Part shown: positions 1 to 9,216 of the stretch, piece after piece
How positions within the stretch are numbered: position 1 is the first letter of the stretch
Layout of the letters: every line of letters begins with the position of its first letter
Assembly (NCBI GenBank): GCA_965220195.1
Contig: CBDCPK010000005.1
Coordinates: 3,029,875 to 3,093,874, forward strand
Length of the DNA stretch: 64,000 bases
Direction of reading: 5' to 3'
Source of the DNA: an uncultured Candidatus Binatia bacterium
GTDB taxonomy: Bacteria; Desulfobacterota; Binatia; Bin18
The notes under the pieces: model-generated
Database searches by the model: none
What the model was told of the DNA's origin: nothing
Seen by the model: the letters and a program-made list of their open reading frames with translations, nothing else
Position numbers and translations under genes: made by a program

Positions 1-44
1 ATTGAACGGCGTAAAGCGGCAGCCTGATAGCGAATGACAGCAGC

Positions 45-2450
45 GTGTCTTCGATCGGGGGGTTATCCATGAGTCGTGAGGGAACAGGAAAAATGCTGGG
101 AGCGCAGGTACGCCGGGTCGAAGATCCGCGCGTTTTACTGGGGAAAACCCAATACGTTGACGACCTCGTATTGCCCGACATGCTGGCAGTCGCCTTTGTC
201 CGCAGTCCGTACGCCCACGCCAAAATTACGAACATCGATGTTCAGGCTGCGCTGACCAAGTCCGGCGTGGCATGTGTCCTGACCGGCAAGGACATTCTGG
301 AAACGATCAAGCCGCTCCGAGTCGAATTTGATACGCAGAAAGTCCCTTTTCACAAATCGTGCAACTGGCACGTCCTCACGCCTGACAAGGTCCGTTTTGT
401 GGGTGATATGGTTGCGGCGGTTGTGGCGACGGATCGCTATACCGCCGAGGACGCCGCCGAGCTTGTCGAAGTCGACTATGAGCCACTTGAGGCCGTGGCC
501 GACATGGAACACGCACTGCTCGCCGATGCCCCACTCGTGCACGAAGAGTGGGGCGACAATGTCATGGAACGGCTCGAAGCCCAGATTGGTGAGGTAGGCA
601 AGGCGTTTCAAGAGGCCGACTGTGTAGTGTCCGAACGGTTTGTGACTGGTCGTCACATGGCCTCACCCATGGAAACGCGGGGTTGTGTCGCCCAGTTTGA
701 TGTCGCAACGGAGTCGCTGACCGTCTGGTCCTCCACCCAAGTACCCCATACCCTGCGGGCCAGTCTGGCGACGCTGCTGGACCTGGCGGAGCACCGCATC
801 CGGGTCATTTCTCCTGATGTGGGTGGAGGCTTTGGCCTCAAAGCACATCCTTTTCCTGAAGAAGTGGTGGTGACCTATCTGGCCGGAGCCCTGCGCAAAC
901 CGGTCAAATGGATTGAAGACCGACGTGAGCATTTGTCGGCCTCTCTCCAGGCCAAGCATCAGATTGTCAATGCGGAATTGGCTCTCAAGAGCGACGGTAG
1001 CGTGCTGGGCCTCAAGGCACGTTTCCTGAGCGATGCGGGTGGCTATTCGTCCTATCCATGGAGTTCGGCTTTTGAGCCAAAACATGCGGCCGGGACCATA
1101 ACGGGTCCCTATAAGATTCCGGCCTTTAGCTTTGAAACCTGTACAGTCGCAACCAACAAAGCCTCCATTGGGGTGTACCGGGGCGTGGGTATCCCGGTTG
1201 CGGCTCTGGCCATGGAGCGTCTTCTGGATATGGGTGCCCAAAAGCTCGGTCTTGACCCGGCAGAGATCCGGCTGCGGAATATGATCCCGCAGGACGAGCA
1301 TCCGTATACGACCCTGATGGGTGCGGAGATCGAGAGCGGCAGCCACCAGGCCTCATTACAACAGGCGCTGGATATCCTCGGCTACGGCGATTTTCGGACT
1401 GAACAGCAGAAAGCCCGCGAGAACGGCCGTTATCTTGGGGCGGGGATCGGCTCGTATGTGGAAGGTACGGCCCACAACTCGGCCGTGTTTGATTCCTTTG
1501 GTGTCAAGATCGGTGGCTATGAGGCGGCGACGCTGCGCATTGATGAGTCGGGCAAGGTGACAGTCTTCGTTGGGACGCATTCGCACGGCCAGGGCCACCA
1601 CACCGTCTATGCCCAACTGATCGCGGACACGCTGGGCGTGGCGCTCGAAGACGTCGCGGTTGTCCAGGGTGATACACAGGCCACCCCGCGTGGCTGGGGG
1701 ACCTGGGCCAGTCGGAGTGCGGTAACGGGTGGGGGGGCCGTGACTTCGGCGGCGCGAAAGCTACGTGATAAGTTGCTGCGCATTGCGGCGCGCCTGACCG
1801 AGGTGCCCGCAGACGACCTCGAACTTGCCCAGGGTGTCGTCCAACGCAAAACCGGCGGGGTACGCCTGCTTTCCATTCCTGAGTTGGCGCATCGAATTAT
1901 CGCCCAGCCGACGAGCCTGCCTCCCGACGAAGAGCCGGGGCTGGACGTGACCGTGGCCTACGAACCGCCGCCGATAACGCACTCCAACGCGACCCATGTG
2001 GCCGCGGTTGAAGTCGATATTGAAACCGGCCAGGTTCGACTCTTGCGCTATATCGTGGTTGAAGACTGCGGCACGATTATCAATCCCATTATTGTGAATG
2101 GTCAGATTCAGGGCGGGGTAGCCCAGGGGATCGGTTCCGCGCTGTACGAGAACGCTGTATACGATGACACTGGCCAATTCCTGACCGGCACATTCATGGA
2201 CTATCTGATTCCCACAGCCGCAGATGTGCCCCAGGTAGAAATCGGACATATTGAAACGCCGTCGCCGTATACGCTCAACGGCATCAAGGGCATGGGCGAG
2301 GGTGGGGCGATTGCCCCGCCCTCGGCGATTGCCAATGCCGTAGCCGACGCGCTGTCACCCTTTGGCGTGCGGATCAACGAGGTTCCGCTGACCCCGGAGC
2401 GCGTACTCAGCATGCTGGACCGGGCTCAAGCGAATTCCAGTGCCGAATGA
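45..2450 (+). CDS. Molybdopterin-dependent hydroxylase large subunit (aerobic CO dehydrogenase CoxL / xanthine dehydrogenase family)
   Basis: 801-aa ORF. The N-terminal GAQVRRVEDPRVLLGKTQYVDD motif and overall layout are typical of CoxL/XdhA-type large subunits. Codon usage is high GC. Confidence 0.8.
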   Translation: MSSIGGLSMSREGTGKMLGAQVRRVEDPRVLLGKTQYVDDLVLPDMLAVAFVRSPYAHAKITNIDVQAALTKSGVACVLTGKDILETIKPLRVEFDTQKVPFHKSCNWHVLTPDKVRFVGDMVAAVVATDRYTAEDAAELVEVDYEPLEAVADMEHALLADAPLVHEEWGDNVMERLEAQIGEVGKAFQEADCVVSERFVTGRHMASPMETRGCVAQFDVATESLTVWSSTQVPHTLRASLATLLDLAEHRIRVISPDVGGGFGLKAHPFPEEVVVTYLAGALRKPVKWIEDRREHLSASLQAKHQIVNAELALKSDGSVLGLKARFLSDAGGYSSYPWSSAFEPKHAAGTITGPYKIPAFSFETCTVATNKASIGVYRGVGIPVAALAMERLLDMGAQKLGLDPAEIRLRNMIPQDEHPYTTLMGAEIESGSHQASLQQALDILGYGDFRTEQQKARENGRYLGAGIGSYVEGTAHNSAVFDSFGVKIGGYEAATLRIDESGKVTVFVGTHSHGQGHHTVYAQLIADTLGVALEDVAVVQGDTQATPRGWGTWASRSAVTGGGAVTSAARKLRDKLLRIAARLTEVPADDLELAQGVVQRKTGGVRLLSIPELAHRIIAQPTSLPPDEEPGLDVTVAYEPPPITHSNATHVAAVEVDIETGQVRLLRYIVVEDCGTIINPIIVNGQIQGGVAQGIGSALYENAVYDDTGQFLTGTFMDYLIPTAADVPQVEIGHIETPSPYTLNGIKGMGEGGAIAPPSAIANAVADALSPFGVRINEVPLTPERVLSMLDRAQANSSAE

Positions 2451-3415
2451 GGCTACTGATGGATACCAACCTGCGGCGCCCTATCACGGACAGAGAGATG
2501 CGGACCTACGAAGAGGATGGCGTTGTCTGGTTGCCGGGTATTCTCGATCCGGAGTGGGCTGATTACCTCGCCCGCGGAATCAATGAATTGGTCAAAAACC
2601 CTCAGGGACAGGCGGTGGATTTTACGAATCTTGGTCTGGCCGCGAATACGCCTGAAGCTGTTTCCGGTTTCCAGGCTCGTGACAAGTGGTCGGAAGGTCA
2701 GAAGGAATGGGGCTCGCCTCGGCAATTAGCCGGTACAGTGTTGCTCGAAGACAGTATTCAGCCGGAAACGGACAAGCGGGGCCATTATCTCTCCATCACC
2801 GGCTCATGGCAGGTTAGCGATGTCCTGCGCGATGTGGCCATTCATTCACCTCTGCCGGAAATCGCGGCCACGTTGATGCAATCGCAGAAAGTTTTTCTGT
2901 ACGACGATCAAGTCCTGGTCAAACCGCCCCTCACCCTGGAGAAAACCTCGTGGCACCAGGACTTGGGCTATGACAACATCCAGGGCAGCCAGGTTTGTGG
3001 CGTGCGCGTTCCGGCGTATGCCGAGAGTGCGGACATGGGCCTGGTCCACTATCTGAAGGGTGTTCACAAGTCGGGCCAGATTTACAAGGTTAATTTTTTC
3101 ATCAGCAATGCCCATGCGGACGATGATGGCGGACTCGACGTTCCACGCATCGACGGACACGAAGACGATTTCGATATCGCCACCTTCGCGCCCCAGCCTG
3201 GGGATGTGGTGGTGCATCATCTAGCCAGTTTGCACGGGGCCGGCGGGAACCTCTCCCCAACGCGTACGCGCAGTGGAGTGACGGTGCGCTACGGCGGTGA
3301 CGATGTCACCCACAAATTCCGTCGTCACGCCCCACCGCAAGACCTCAGCTCACTACCCGACGGTACTCCCCTCGGACATGATGCCGCAAAGAACCCTCAG
3401 GTCTGGCCACGATAG
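2447..3415 (+). CDS. Phytanoyl-CoA dioxygenase (PhyH) family Fe(II)/2-oxoglutarate oxygenase
   Basis: WHQD (HxD) motif plus a distal His (VVVHHLASLHG). The 4-bp ATGA overlap with the upstream stop suggests co-translation with the Mo-hydroxylase gene. Confidence 0.55.
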   Translation: MRLLMDTNLRRPITDREMRTYEEDGVVWLPGILDPEWADYLARGINELVKNPQGQAVDFTNLGLAANTPEAVSGFQARDKWSEGQKEWGSPRQLAGTVLLEDSIQPETDKRGHYLSITGSWQVSDVLRDVAIHSPLPEIAATLMQSQKVFLYDDQVLVKPPLTLEKTSWHQDLGYDNIQGSQVCGVRVPAYAESADMGLVHYLKGVHKSGQIYKVNFFISNAHADDDGGLDVPRIDGHEDDFDIATFAPQPGDVVVHHLASLHGAGGNLSPTRTRSGVTVRYGGDDVTHKFRRHAPPQDLSSLPDGTPLGHDAAKNPQVWPR

Positions 3416-3473
3416 AAATTTCCACTGGCCTGCCTTCAAGCTATTCGAGGACTCTCAACTACGGCGGAACACT

Positions 3474-3815
3474 ATGAGTGAAAGCAAAACTAAAGGGCTG
3501 GTGTCTGATTACCAGGAGACGATCGCCAAGATCGGCAGCCACGGACCGCGTCCGTTCGGTCTCGGGTTGACGCACGGTTCGATGTTTACGCTGGTCTACC
3601 GTCCTCCCAATCCGGACGACCAGGAGCCTCACGACCAGGACGAACTGTATATTCCCATGAACGGCAGCGGGACGCTCATCGTTGATGACGAACGCCACTC
3701 GTTCAAGACCGGCGATATGCTGTTTGTCCCGGCCCACGCCGAGCATCGCTTTGAAGACTGCACTGACGGTCTGATGCTGTGGGCGATTTTTTACGGACCA
3801 AAGGGCGGGGAGTAG
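3474..3815 (+). CDS. Cupin domain protein
   Basis: Two-His cupin motifs (GxHxH-like ... PAHAEHRFED). The start was moved to the internal ATG at 3474 because the longer ORF overlaps the upstream gene. Confidence 0.6.
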   Translation: MSESKTKGLVSDYQETIAKIGSHGPRPFGLGLTHGSMFTLVYRPPNPDDQEPHDQDELYIPMNGSGTLIVDDERHSFKTGDMLFVPAHAEHRFEDCTDGLMLWAIFYGPKGGE

Positions 3816-3990
3816 GGGAACCCACCCCGGCCCTTCGGGCCACCCCTCCGAGGAGGGGATAGAAAAATTTCCCTCTTGGGAGGGAAAGAGGAAACGTGTC
3901 AGCATCTGCCTAGCTGTTGAAGGACACGTTTCCTCTTTGTGCCGCGGTAGCGGCGGAGTGGGTTCCTCTTCGTATCACACGTCCAAGGAG
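3816..3990. repeat. Composite palindromic intergenic element (REP-like) made of a 43-bp GGAACCCACCCC unit, a tetraloop hairpin and a 15-bp-stem AACGTGTC hairpin
   Basis: The unit GGAACCCACCCCGGCCCTTCGGGCCACCCCTCCGAGGAGGGGA recurs at 8425-8467 and, inverted, at 34396-34438. A perfect 15-bp inverted repeat AAGAGGAAACGTGTC / GACACGTTTCCTCTT sits at 3886-3937. The right end GGAGTGGGTTCC is the inverse of the left end. Confidence 0.6.
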
Positions 3991-3998
3991 GGAATCTG

Positions 3999-4196
3999 GT
4001 GATACTGTCCTTCAGCATTCTGCTTCTGCTTTCGGCCTGTAATCTGAGCAACTCAGTCGAGTCCGCTCCATCGACCGCGTGCTCTCAAATCGGCGTGCAG
4101 TGTCAGCTTCCGGGCGGGCCGCTCGGCGTGTGCCAATCGGCCCCATGCTCTGCAGGCGAGACTCCGCCCTGCTTTGCCTGTACTCCGCAGCACTAA
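3999..4196 (+). CDS. Small cysteine-rich lipoprotein/secreted peptide (65 aa)
   Basis: GTG start 8 nt after an AAGGAGGG RBS. Signal peptide with lipobox LSAC. The mature 52-aa part has 7 more Cys and several Pro/Gly. Confidence 0.4.
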   Translation: MILSFSILLLLSACNLSNSVESAPSTACSQIGVQCQLPGGPLGVCQSAPCSAGETPPCFACTPQH

Positions 4197-4280
4197 CCCT
4201 TCCTTGCTTGCATTCGCCGGCATTATCCGGTGTGATGTGCGCCGCGATAATGCGAAGGGGTGAGTCAGGAGAGAGAACGT

Positions 4281-5633
4281 ATGGGTCGCTACGATTATGA
4301 TTTCTTTGTTTTAGGGGCCGGCTCCGGTGGCGTGCGGGCGAGCCGGATTGCGGCTTCGTATGGGGCCAAGACCGCGGTTGTTGAGGAACGCTATCTGGGC
4401 GGAACCTGCGTCAACGTGGGCTGCATTCCAAAGAAACTCCTGGTGTACGCTTCGGAGTTCCGGGACCATTTCGAGGATGCCGCCGGCTTTGGGTGGACGG
4501 TCGGAGAGCGGACGGTTGATTGGAAAAAGCTAATTGAGAATAAAGACAAAGAAATCAACAGGCTGAACGGCATTTATCGCAATCTGCTCGAAGGCGCGGG
4601 CGCGGAAATCATTGAAGGCACCGCCCGCCTGATTGACGACCACACCATAGAGGTGGACGGCAAGCAGTACACCTCAGAATATATTCTGGTTGCGACCGGA
4701 AGCTGGCCAACTTTTCCCCAAACTCCGGGCATTGAACATGCCATTACCTCAAATGAAGCTTTTTATCTGGATGCGTTGCCCAAACGCGTAATTATTGTGG
4801 GTGGCGGCTATATTGCGGTCGAGTTTGCGACCATTTTTCACGGTCTAGGGTCAGAGGTGACCGAACTCTATCGGGATGAGCTGTTTCTGCGTGGCTTTGA
4901 TACCGACGTCAGGCAAGTCCTGGCTGATGAAATACGCAAACGAGGAGTAGATTTGCGCTTTAACTCAGACGTGAGTGGTATTGAAAAAACACCGCACGGA
5001 ATCAGAGCCACGCTGAACGACAAGAGCGAGCTTGAGGCCGATATCATCATGTACGCCACCGGCCGCTTACCCAACTCAAAAGGGCTCGGCCTTGAAACAG
5101 CCGGCGTTGAGACGAACGAGATCGGTGCCGTGTGTGTGGATGTCTATTCGCAAACCAACATCCCCCATATCTATGCTGTCGGAGATGTCACCGACAGGCT
5201 CAACCTGACGCCCATGGCTATTGCCGAAGGCCACGCCGTGGCGGAAACCCTGTTCAATAATAACCCTACTCGACCGGACCATATGAATGTGGCAACGGCA
5301 GTCTTCAGCCATCCGAACATCGGTACGGTAGGTCTGACGGAAGAGGAGGCGCGCCAGGAATACGACGCGATAGATATCTATAAATCCTCGTTCCGGGCCT
5401 TGAAGCACACGCTGAGCGGGCGGGATGAGAAGACCTTTATGAAGATTATTGTTGACCCAAAATCAGACCGGGTGGTTGGCTGCCATATGACCGGCCCGGA
5501 GGCAGGGGAGATTATTCAGGGCCTGGCCGTCGCCATCAAATGCCAGGCCACCAAAGCGCAGTTCGATGCCACCATCGGCATCCATCCGACCTCAGCCGAA
5601 GAATTTGTTACCATGCGACAAAAGGCTGCCTGA
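4281..5633 (+). CDS. gor: Glutathione-disulfide reductase family flavoprotein (pyridine nucleotide-disulfide oxidoreductase)
   Basis: GGTCVNVGCIPKK redox-active disulfide motif, an FAD Rossmann GxGxxG at the N-terminus and a C-terminal dimerisation HPT motif. AGGAGAGAG RBS before the ATG at 4281. Confidence 0.75.
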   Translation: MGRYDYDFFVLGAGSGGVRASRIAASYGAKTAVVEERYLGGTCVNVGCIPKKLLVYASEFRDHFEDAAGFGWTVGERTVDWKKLIENKDKEINRLNGIYRNLLEGAGAEIIEGTARLIDDHTIEVDGKQYTSEYILVATGSWPTFPQTPGIEHAITSNEAFYLDALPKRVIIVGGGYIAVEFATIFHGLGSEVTELYRDELFLRGFDTDVRQVLADEIRKRGVDLRFNSDVSGIEKTPHGIRATLNDKSELEADIIMYATGRLPNSKGLGLETAGVETNEIGAVCVDVYSQTNIPHIYAVGDVTDRLNLTPMAIAEGHAVAETLFNNNPTRPDHMNVATAVFSHPNIGTVGLTEEEARQEYDAIDIYKSSFRALKHTLSGRDEKTFMKIIVDPKSDRVVGCHMTGPEAGEIIQGLAVAIKCQATKAQFDATIGIHPTSAEEFVTMRQKAA

Positions 5634-5751
5634 GTTGAGCAATCTTCGCCCCTTCGGCGAGCTCAGGGTCGGTTTGGCTCCATCTCTGCTGAAGAAGCAC
5701 AGCGCAAGAGATTAAGTCTCCGTAAGGAGGACGCATCTAAAAGGAGACTCC

Positions 5752-6684
5752 ATGGAATGGAATGATGGCTTACCTGATGTCAGTTCATGGCAACCCAGAA
5801 GCGATAGGCAAGAGAATCTGAGTACCGGCTTGATGGTTACCTGCCAAGCATCTCAAACCAGAATTATAAATGAGGCCGAGAACGAGAGGAAATTCAATAT
5901 CGACAACTACGATTCCGGCCCAGGTGTCGAGGACATCGTGCGCCAAGAGTTATCCAAGCTCATGCCTCAGAGGTACTGCGTCGATGCTGGGGTGATTAAT
6001 GACCAAACGGGTAAAACCGCTGGAGACTTTGATATAGTAGTCAGAGACCAGACATGGACCAATGTAGTTAAACTCAAGGCGACGTCTCAATCACGCCGCT
6101 CTCATTTTCCTTTCGAGGCAATATATGCAGCAATAGAAGTCAAACAAACATTGGGTTTCCAGCAACTCGATAAAGCCATGGAGAAGCTCGTTACACTTTC
6201 TCGCTTAGACCGCCCTCGGAATCCGTATGGTCACATAACGGAAAACCAGCACTTTCCGTCCTTAGATAGGGAGGGTGCTATATTAAATCCACTTCATACC
6301 ACCGTATTTGGGACAAGAATACAAGACGGAATCGAGTTTCACGACATTGCTCGTAGATTCGACCAAATCAACGCCTGTCTCAATCGAGACCAGATGGTCA
6401 CAATGCTGTGTATTCTTGACCAAGGAACAGCGTGGTACTCTGTTAGGAGTGGTGAACCGTACAACGCGACTTTTATGACAGACCGGCAAGAGCCTCTCAT
6501 CTTGCAGGTGAATTACCAAGAGCCACAAAATGCTTTCTATAGATTCTTTCAGCATCTATCAGGACATCTTGCCCGTTCAGTGCTCGGATTAGGTAGACTA
6601 AGTTCCGAATACGGTTCACCACCTCCACCAAGAGAAACCATAGATAATGAGAATGCCTTTTATAATCAGGAAACTCGGCGGTGA
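5752..6684 (+). CDS. PD-(D/E)xK nuclease-fold protein (NERD-like), hypothetical
   Basis: GDFDIVV ... AAIEVKQT resembles the D...ExK catalytic core. G+C is visibly lower than in flanking genes. Strong AAAGGAG RBS. Confidence 0.5.
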   Translation: MEWNDGLPDVSSWQPRSDRQENLSTGLMVTCQASQTRIINEAENERKFNIDNYDSGPGVEDIVRQELSKLMPQRYCVDAGVINDQTGKTAGDFDIVVRDQTWTNVVKLKATSQSRRSHFPFEAIYAAIEVKQTLGFQQLDKAMEKLVTLSRLDRPRNPYGHITENQHFPSLDREGAILNPLHTTVFGTRIQDGIEFHDIARRFDQINACLNRDQMVTMLCILDQGTAWYSVRSGEPYNATFMTDRQEPLILQVNYQEPQNAFYRFFQHLSGHLARSVLGLGRLSSEYGSPPPPRETIDNENAFYNQETRR

Positions 6685-6903
6685 GGCCCCACAACACTGA
6701 GGAAGATGAAGAACACGACCATGTATTGGGGTGGTTCGAAGCTCAAGGAGCAAGATACCAGACGCGGATAAATACCGTGCTGCGGGTGTTCAAGGACGCG
6801 TCAAGCTCGGGGCCAGATAATGCGATTTTCTTCGACCAAAAGTGGTAGAGTTAATAGACGCGAATCCAATCGGTCTCCAGTTGCCTGCTGATGAGGGTAG
6901 CTG

Positions 6904-7242
6904 ATGAAATTACCAAACGTGCGTCGGGCGCAGATCGAACGGGAAAAGATCATGGATTACCTGCTATCACCCGCCAATCCACGTAGCAGAGCCAAGGCAG
7001 ATTTTTTTCTGAGTTTCGGTTTCAGCAGAGATCACTGGGAAGAGTTCGCGAAGGCACTGAAAGCTCATGCCGCATCTTATGAGGTCGCCCGAGTTGTAGA
7101 GACCGCATACGGTCCACGCTATCATGTGGACGGCGCGCTGGAGACACCGGACGGGCGCAATCCGGTCGTAAGGACCGTCTGGCAAACCGACCAGGGAAGT
7201 GCATATCCCAGACTCATTACAGCGTACCCGCACAGGAGGTGA
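6904..7242 (+). CDS. DUF6883-like protein (putative toxin-antitoxin-like pair member)
   Basis: 112-aa ORF with RBS. The partner gene starts 4 nt after its stop. This sequence type is recalled as DUF6883. Confidence 0.45.
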   Translation: MKLPNVRRAQIEREKIMDYLLSPANPRSRAKADFFLSFGFSRDHWEEFAKALKAHAASYEVARVVETAYGPRYHVDGALETPDGRNPVVRTVWQTDQGSAYPRLITAYPHRR

Positions 7243-7245
7243 GAA

Positions 7246-7488
7246 GTGTTCAAGGAACATGAGCAGATCGTGCTTACCGCTGAGGTGTTTGGTGATGAGG
7301 GAGAAGCACTAAAACCGGGCGACGTGGGCACACTCATCCACATCCACCCCAATGAAGAAGCCGCCGTGGTGGAGTTCCTCTCGCTGGATGGCGGAACAGT
7401 GGCTCTCGCTACGGTGTTGCCGTCACAGATGCGTCCGGTGACGGGTGCTGACCTCACTCATGCCCGAACGGTTACGATGGCGGCCTAA
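7246..7488 (+). CDS. DUF4926-like small protein
   Basis: GTG start after a CAGGAGG RBS. 80 aa. Usual genetic partner of DUF6883. Confidence 0.45.
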   Translation: MFKEHEQIVLTAEVFGDEGEALKPGDVGTLIHIHPNEEAAVVEFLSLDGGTVALATVLPSQMRPVTGADLTHARTVTMAA

Positions 7489-7587
7489 GAACGAGTCGTG
7501 CGCGATCTCAAAGATTCCTCACGAGGTAATAACATGACTCGCACGCTTGAAGAGGCTTTCGAGAGGGCTTCCGATGGAAAGTATGGC

Positions 7588-7974
7588 TTACCAGAGACGG
7601 CGAACGCCGTACCGGTCGAAGAGTGATTCGTTCGAAATGAAAACGAGATTGTGCGTCAGTGCCTGGGCGATGAGCATCCGGTCGAAGGGGTCGCGATGGG
7701 GACCAGGTAAAGCTCCGGCGCGACTGGCGTCATCCACTGTGATGGCAAGCTCGCCGAAACCCTGGTTTGCTATAGCTTCGGCAACGTCGGCGGCGATCAG
7801 GTCAGCGCCCGGGAGTTTGCCGAGCCGATGCTTGGTGGTGATTTCCCAGGCCGACGCTGCGCTTATCAACACTTCATTTGCCTCATCCGCAATCGCGCGG
7901 TGTACTGTCTCAGATAGACGCCTGCTGTCTGTCATCCACCAAAGAAAGGTATGAGTGTCCAACAGTGCTCGCAC
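7588..7974 (-). CDS. vapC: Type II toxin VapC (PIN domain ribonuclease)
   Basis: LLDTHTFLWW N-terminal PIN signature with conserved acidic residues. Directly downstream of the antitoxin gene. Confidence 0.8.
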   Translation of the reverse strand: MRALLDTHTFLWWMTDSRRLSETVHRAIADEANEVLISAASAWEITTKHRLGKLPGADLIAADVAEAIANQGFGELAITVDDASRAGALPGPHRDPFDRMLIAQALTHNLVFISNESLFDRYGVRRLW

Positions 7975-7976
7975 TG

Positions 7977-8210
7977 CTATTCACCTTCCCATGCTTTCAA
8001 CTCTTCCTCCGGCAGTGGGTCGAAGAAACTGTCTGGAATGACAATCTTTCCCTTGAAAATATCGGGCTGTCGCTTACCGCGCTTTTGGACGCTCACCAGT
8101 CGCGCCACCGGTTTGCCGTTGCGGGCGATGATGACCTCTTGACCGTTCTCGACTTGCACGAGCAGACGAGACAACTGGGTCTTCGCTTGATGGACATTCA
8201 CCACTGGCAT
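7977..8210 (-). CDS. vapB: Phd/YefM-type antitoxin (VapB)
   Basis: 77 aa with KTQLSRLL...IIARNGKPVARLV Phd/YefM fold signature. Its stop is 3 nt before the vapC start. Confidence 0.75.
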   Translation of the reverse strand: MPVVNVHQAKTQLSRLLVQVENGQEVIIARNGKPVARLVSVQKRGKRQPDIFKGKIVIPDSFFDPLPEEELKAWEGE

Positions 8211-8424
8211 CGCTGCTCCCTTGATCTGTGATTAGCTAAGCATATGACTAATACGGATATTATGTCAAGCAGCCAACCTCGATCATAATCTTCGGGAGCG
8301 CTGACCAGAGTACACAGTTGCATCTGCGCGTTCCCAACTATGGAAAACTCTTCAAGGCGGTGATGGCGGCGCACATTCCCGATTGGAAAAAACACGCTGT
8401 CCGCCGGCGCCGCGCTGCAGCCTG

Positions 8425-8467
8425 AGGTGGGAGGAACCCACCCCGCCGCTACGCGGCACCCCTCCTG
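8425..8467. repeat. Second copy of the 43-bp GGAACCCACCCC REP-like unit
   Basis: GGAACCCACCCCGCCGCTACGCGGCACCCCTCCTGGGAGGGGA. Same ends and the same CCCCTCC/GGAGGGG palindrome as the copy at 3819-3861. Confidence 0.55.
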
Positions 8468-8502
8468 GGAGGGGATTTTCGGGGAAGAGAGGTTAGAGTA
8501 TT

Positions 8503-9195
8503 TTATGGCCAGATAATACGGATTTCCTCGACCAGCAGACCAACTGAATTTTTGAGGTCGATGAAGTTCGGCACATCACCTTGAATCTGCTCAATCTGCA
8601 TCTCGTCCGACTGCCAGCCCTTTTCAAAGGCGGCCATATCAGCCCAAGACAGCTCCGCGACACCGTCAAAAGCGGGTGTCTCGGCTTCGTAGATTTCGGG
8701 AGCGACGTGGCATTGGACATAGCGTCTGAGCCCCGGCGTTCTGGGGACAATGGGGGCGTGGACATTACGCCAATGATCCTGAAACTCGGCAACGCTGAGC
8801 CCCGGTTTTCGTTTGAGTAGAAAAAGGGCTTTGACTCCGGGCGCGTCTTTGGCCAACTCGGGCCCTGGGACGACAACATTTTCCCTGGTCATCAAAAACG
8901 ACGGACCCTCGTCGGCAATGAAATTCGGCTCATCCGGGTAGGCTCCATTCATATAATCGGGGTTGGTGCCCAGCCCCCGGCCGGTTTCCAGGTCGTCAAA
9001 CCAGATCTCGGCCAGACCTTCGTATGGGCTGGTCGGGACTCCGGGGATGTCATCTGGCATGCGATGGCTCTGCACATAACGTCTCAGCGCTTTGATGCGG
9101 ACGGCCAGGGGAGCATGAATATCACGCCAGTGGCGATGAAAATGCTCGTGACTGATATCCGGCTTCTTTGGTATCAGCGCAAATCCTTTGATCAT
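8503..9195 (-). CDS. EthD-domain protein (tandem EthD domains)
   Basis: Two repeats of a HFHRHWRDIHAP / FQDHWRNVHAP-type EthD motif. AGGAG RBS. Confidence 0.6.
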   Translation of the reverse strand: MIKGFALIPKKPDISHEHFHRHWRDIHAPLAVRIKALRRYVQSHRMPDDIPGVPTSPYEGLAEIWFDDLETGRGLGTNPDYMNGAYPDEPNFIADEGPSFLMTRENVVVPGPELAKDAPGVKALFLLKRKPGLSVAEFQDHWRNVHAPIVPRTPGLRRYVQCHVAPEIYEAETPAFDGVAELSWADMAAFEKGWQSDEMQIEQIQGDVPNFIDLKNSVGLLVEEIRIIWP

Positions 9196-9216
9196 TGGAA
9201 TACTCCTGTCGGGTGT

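Noticed and set aside
663-1346. 227-aa minus-strand ORF and other internal ORFs within 45-2450
   Set aside because: It is nested antisense within the CoxL-like gene and has no independent support.
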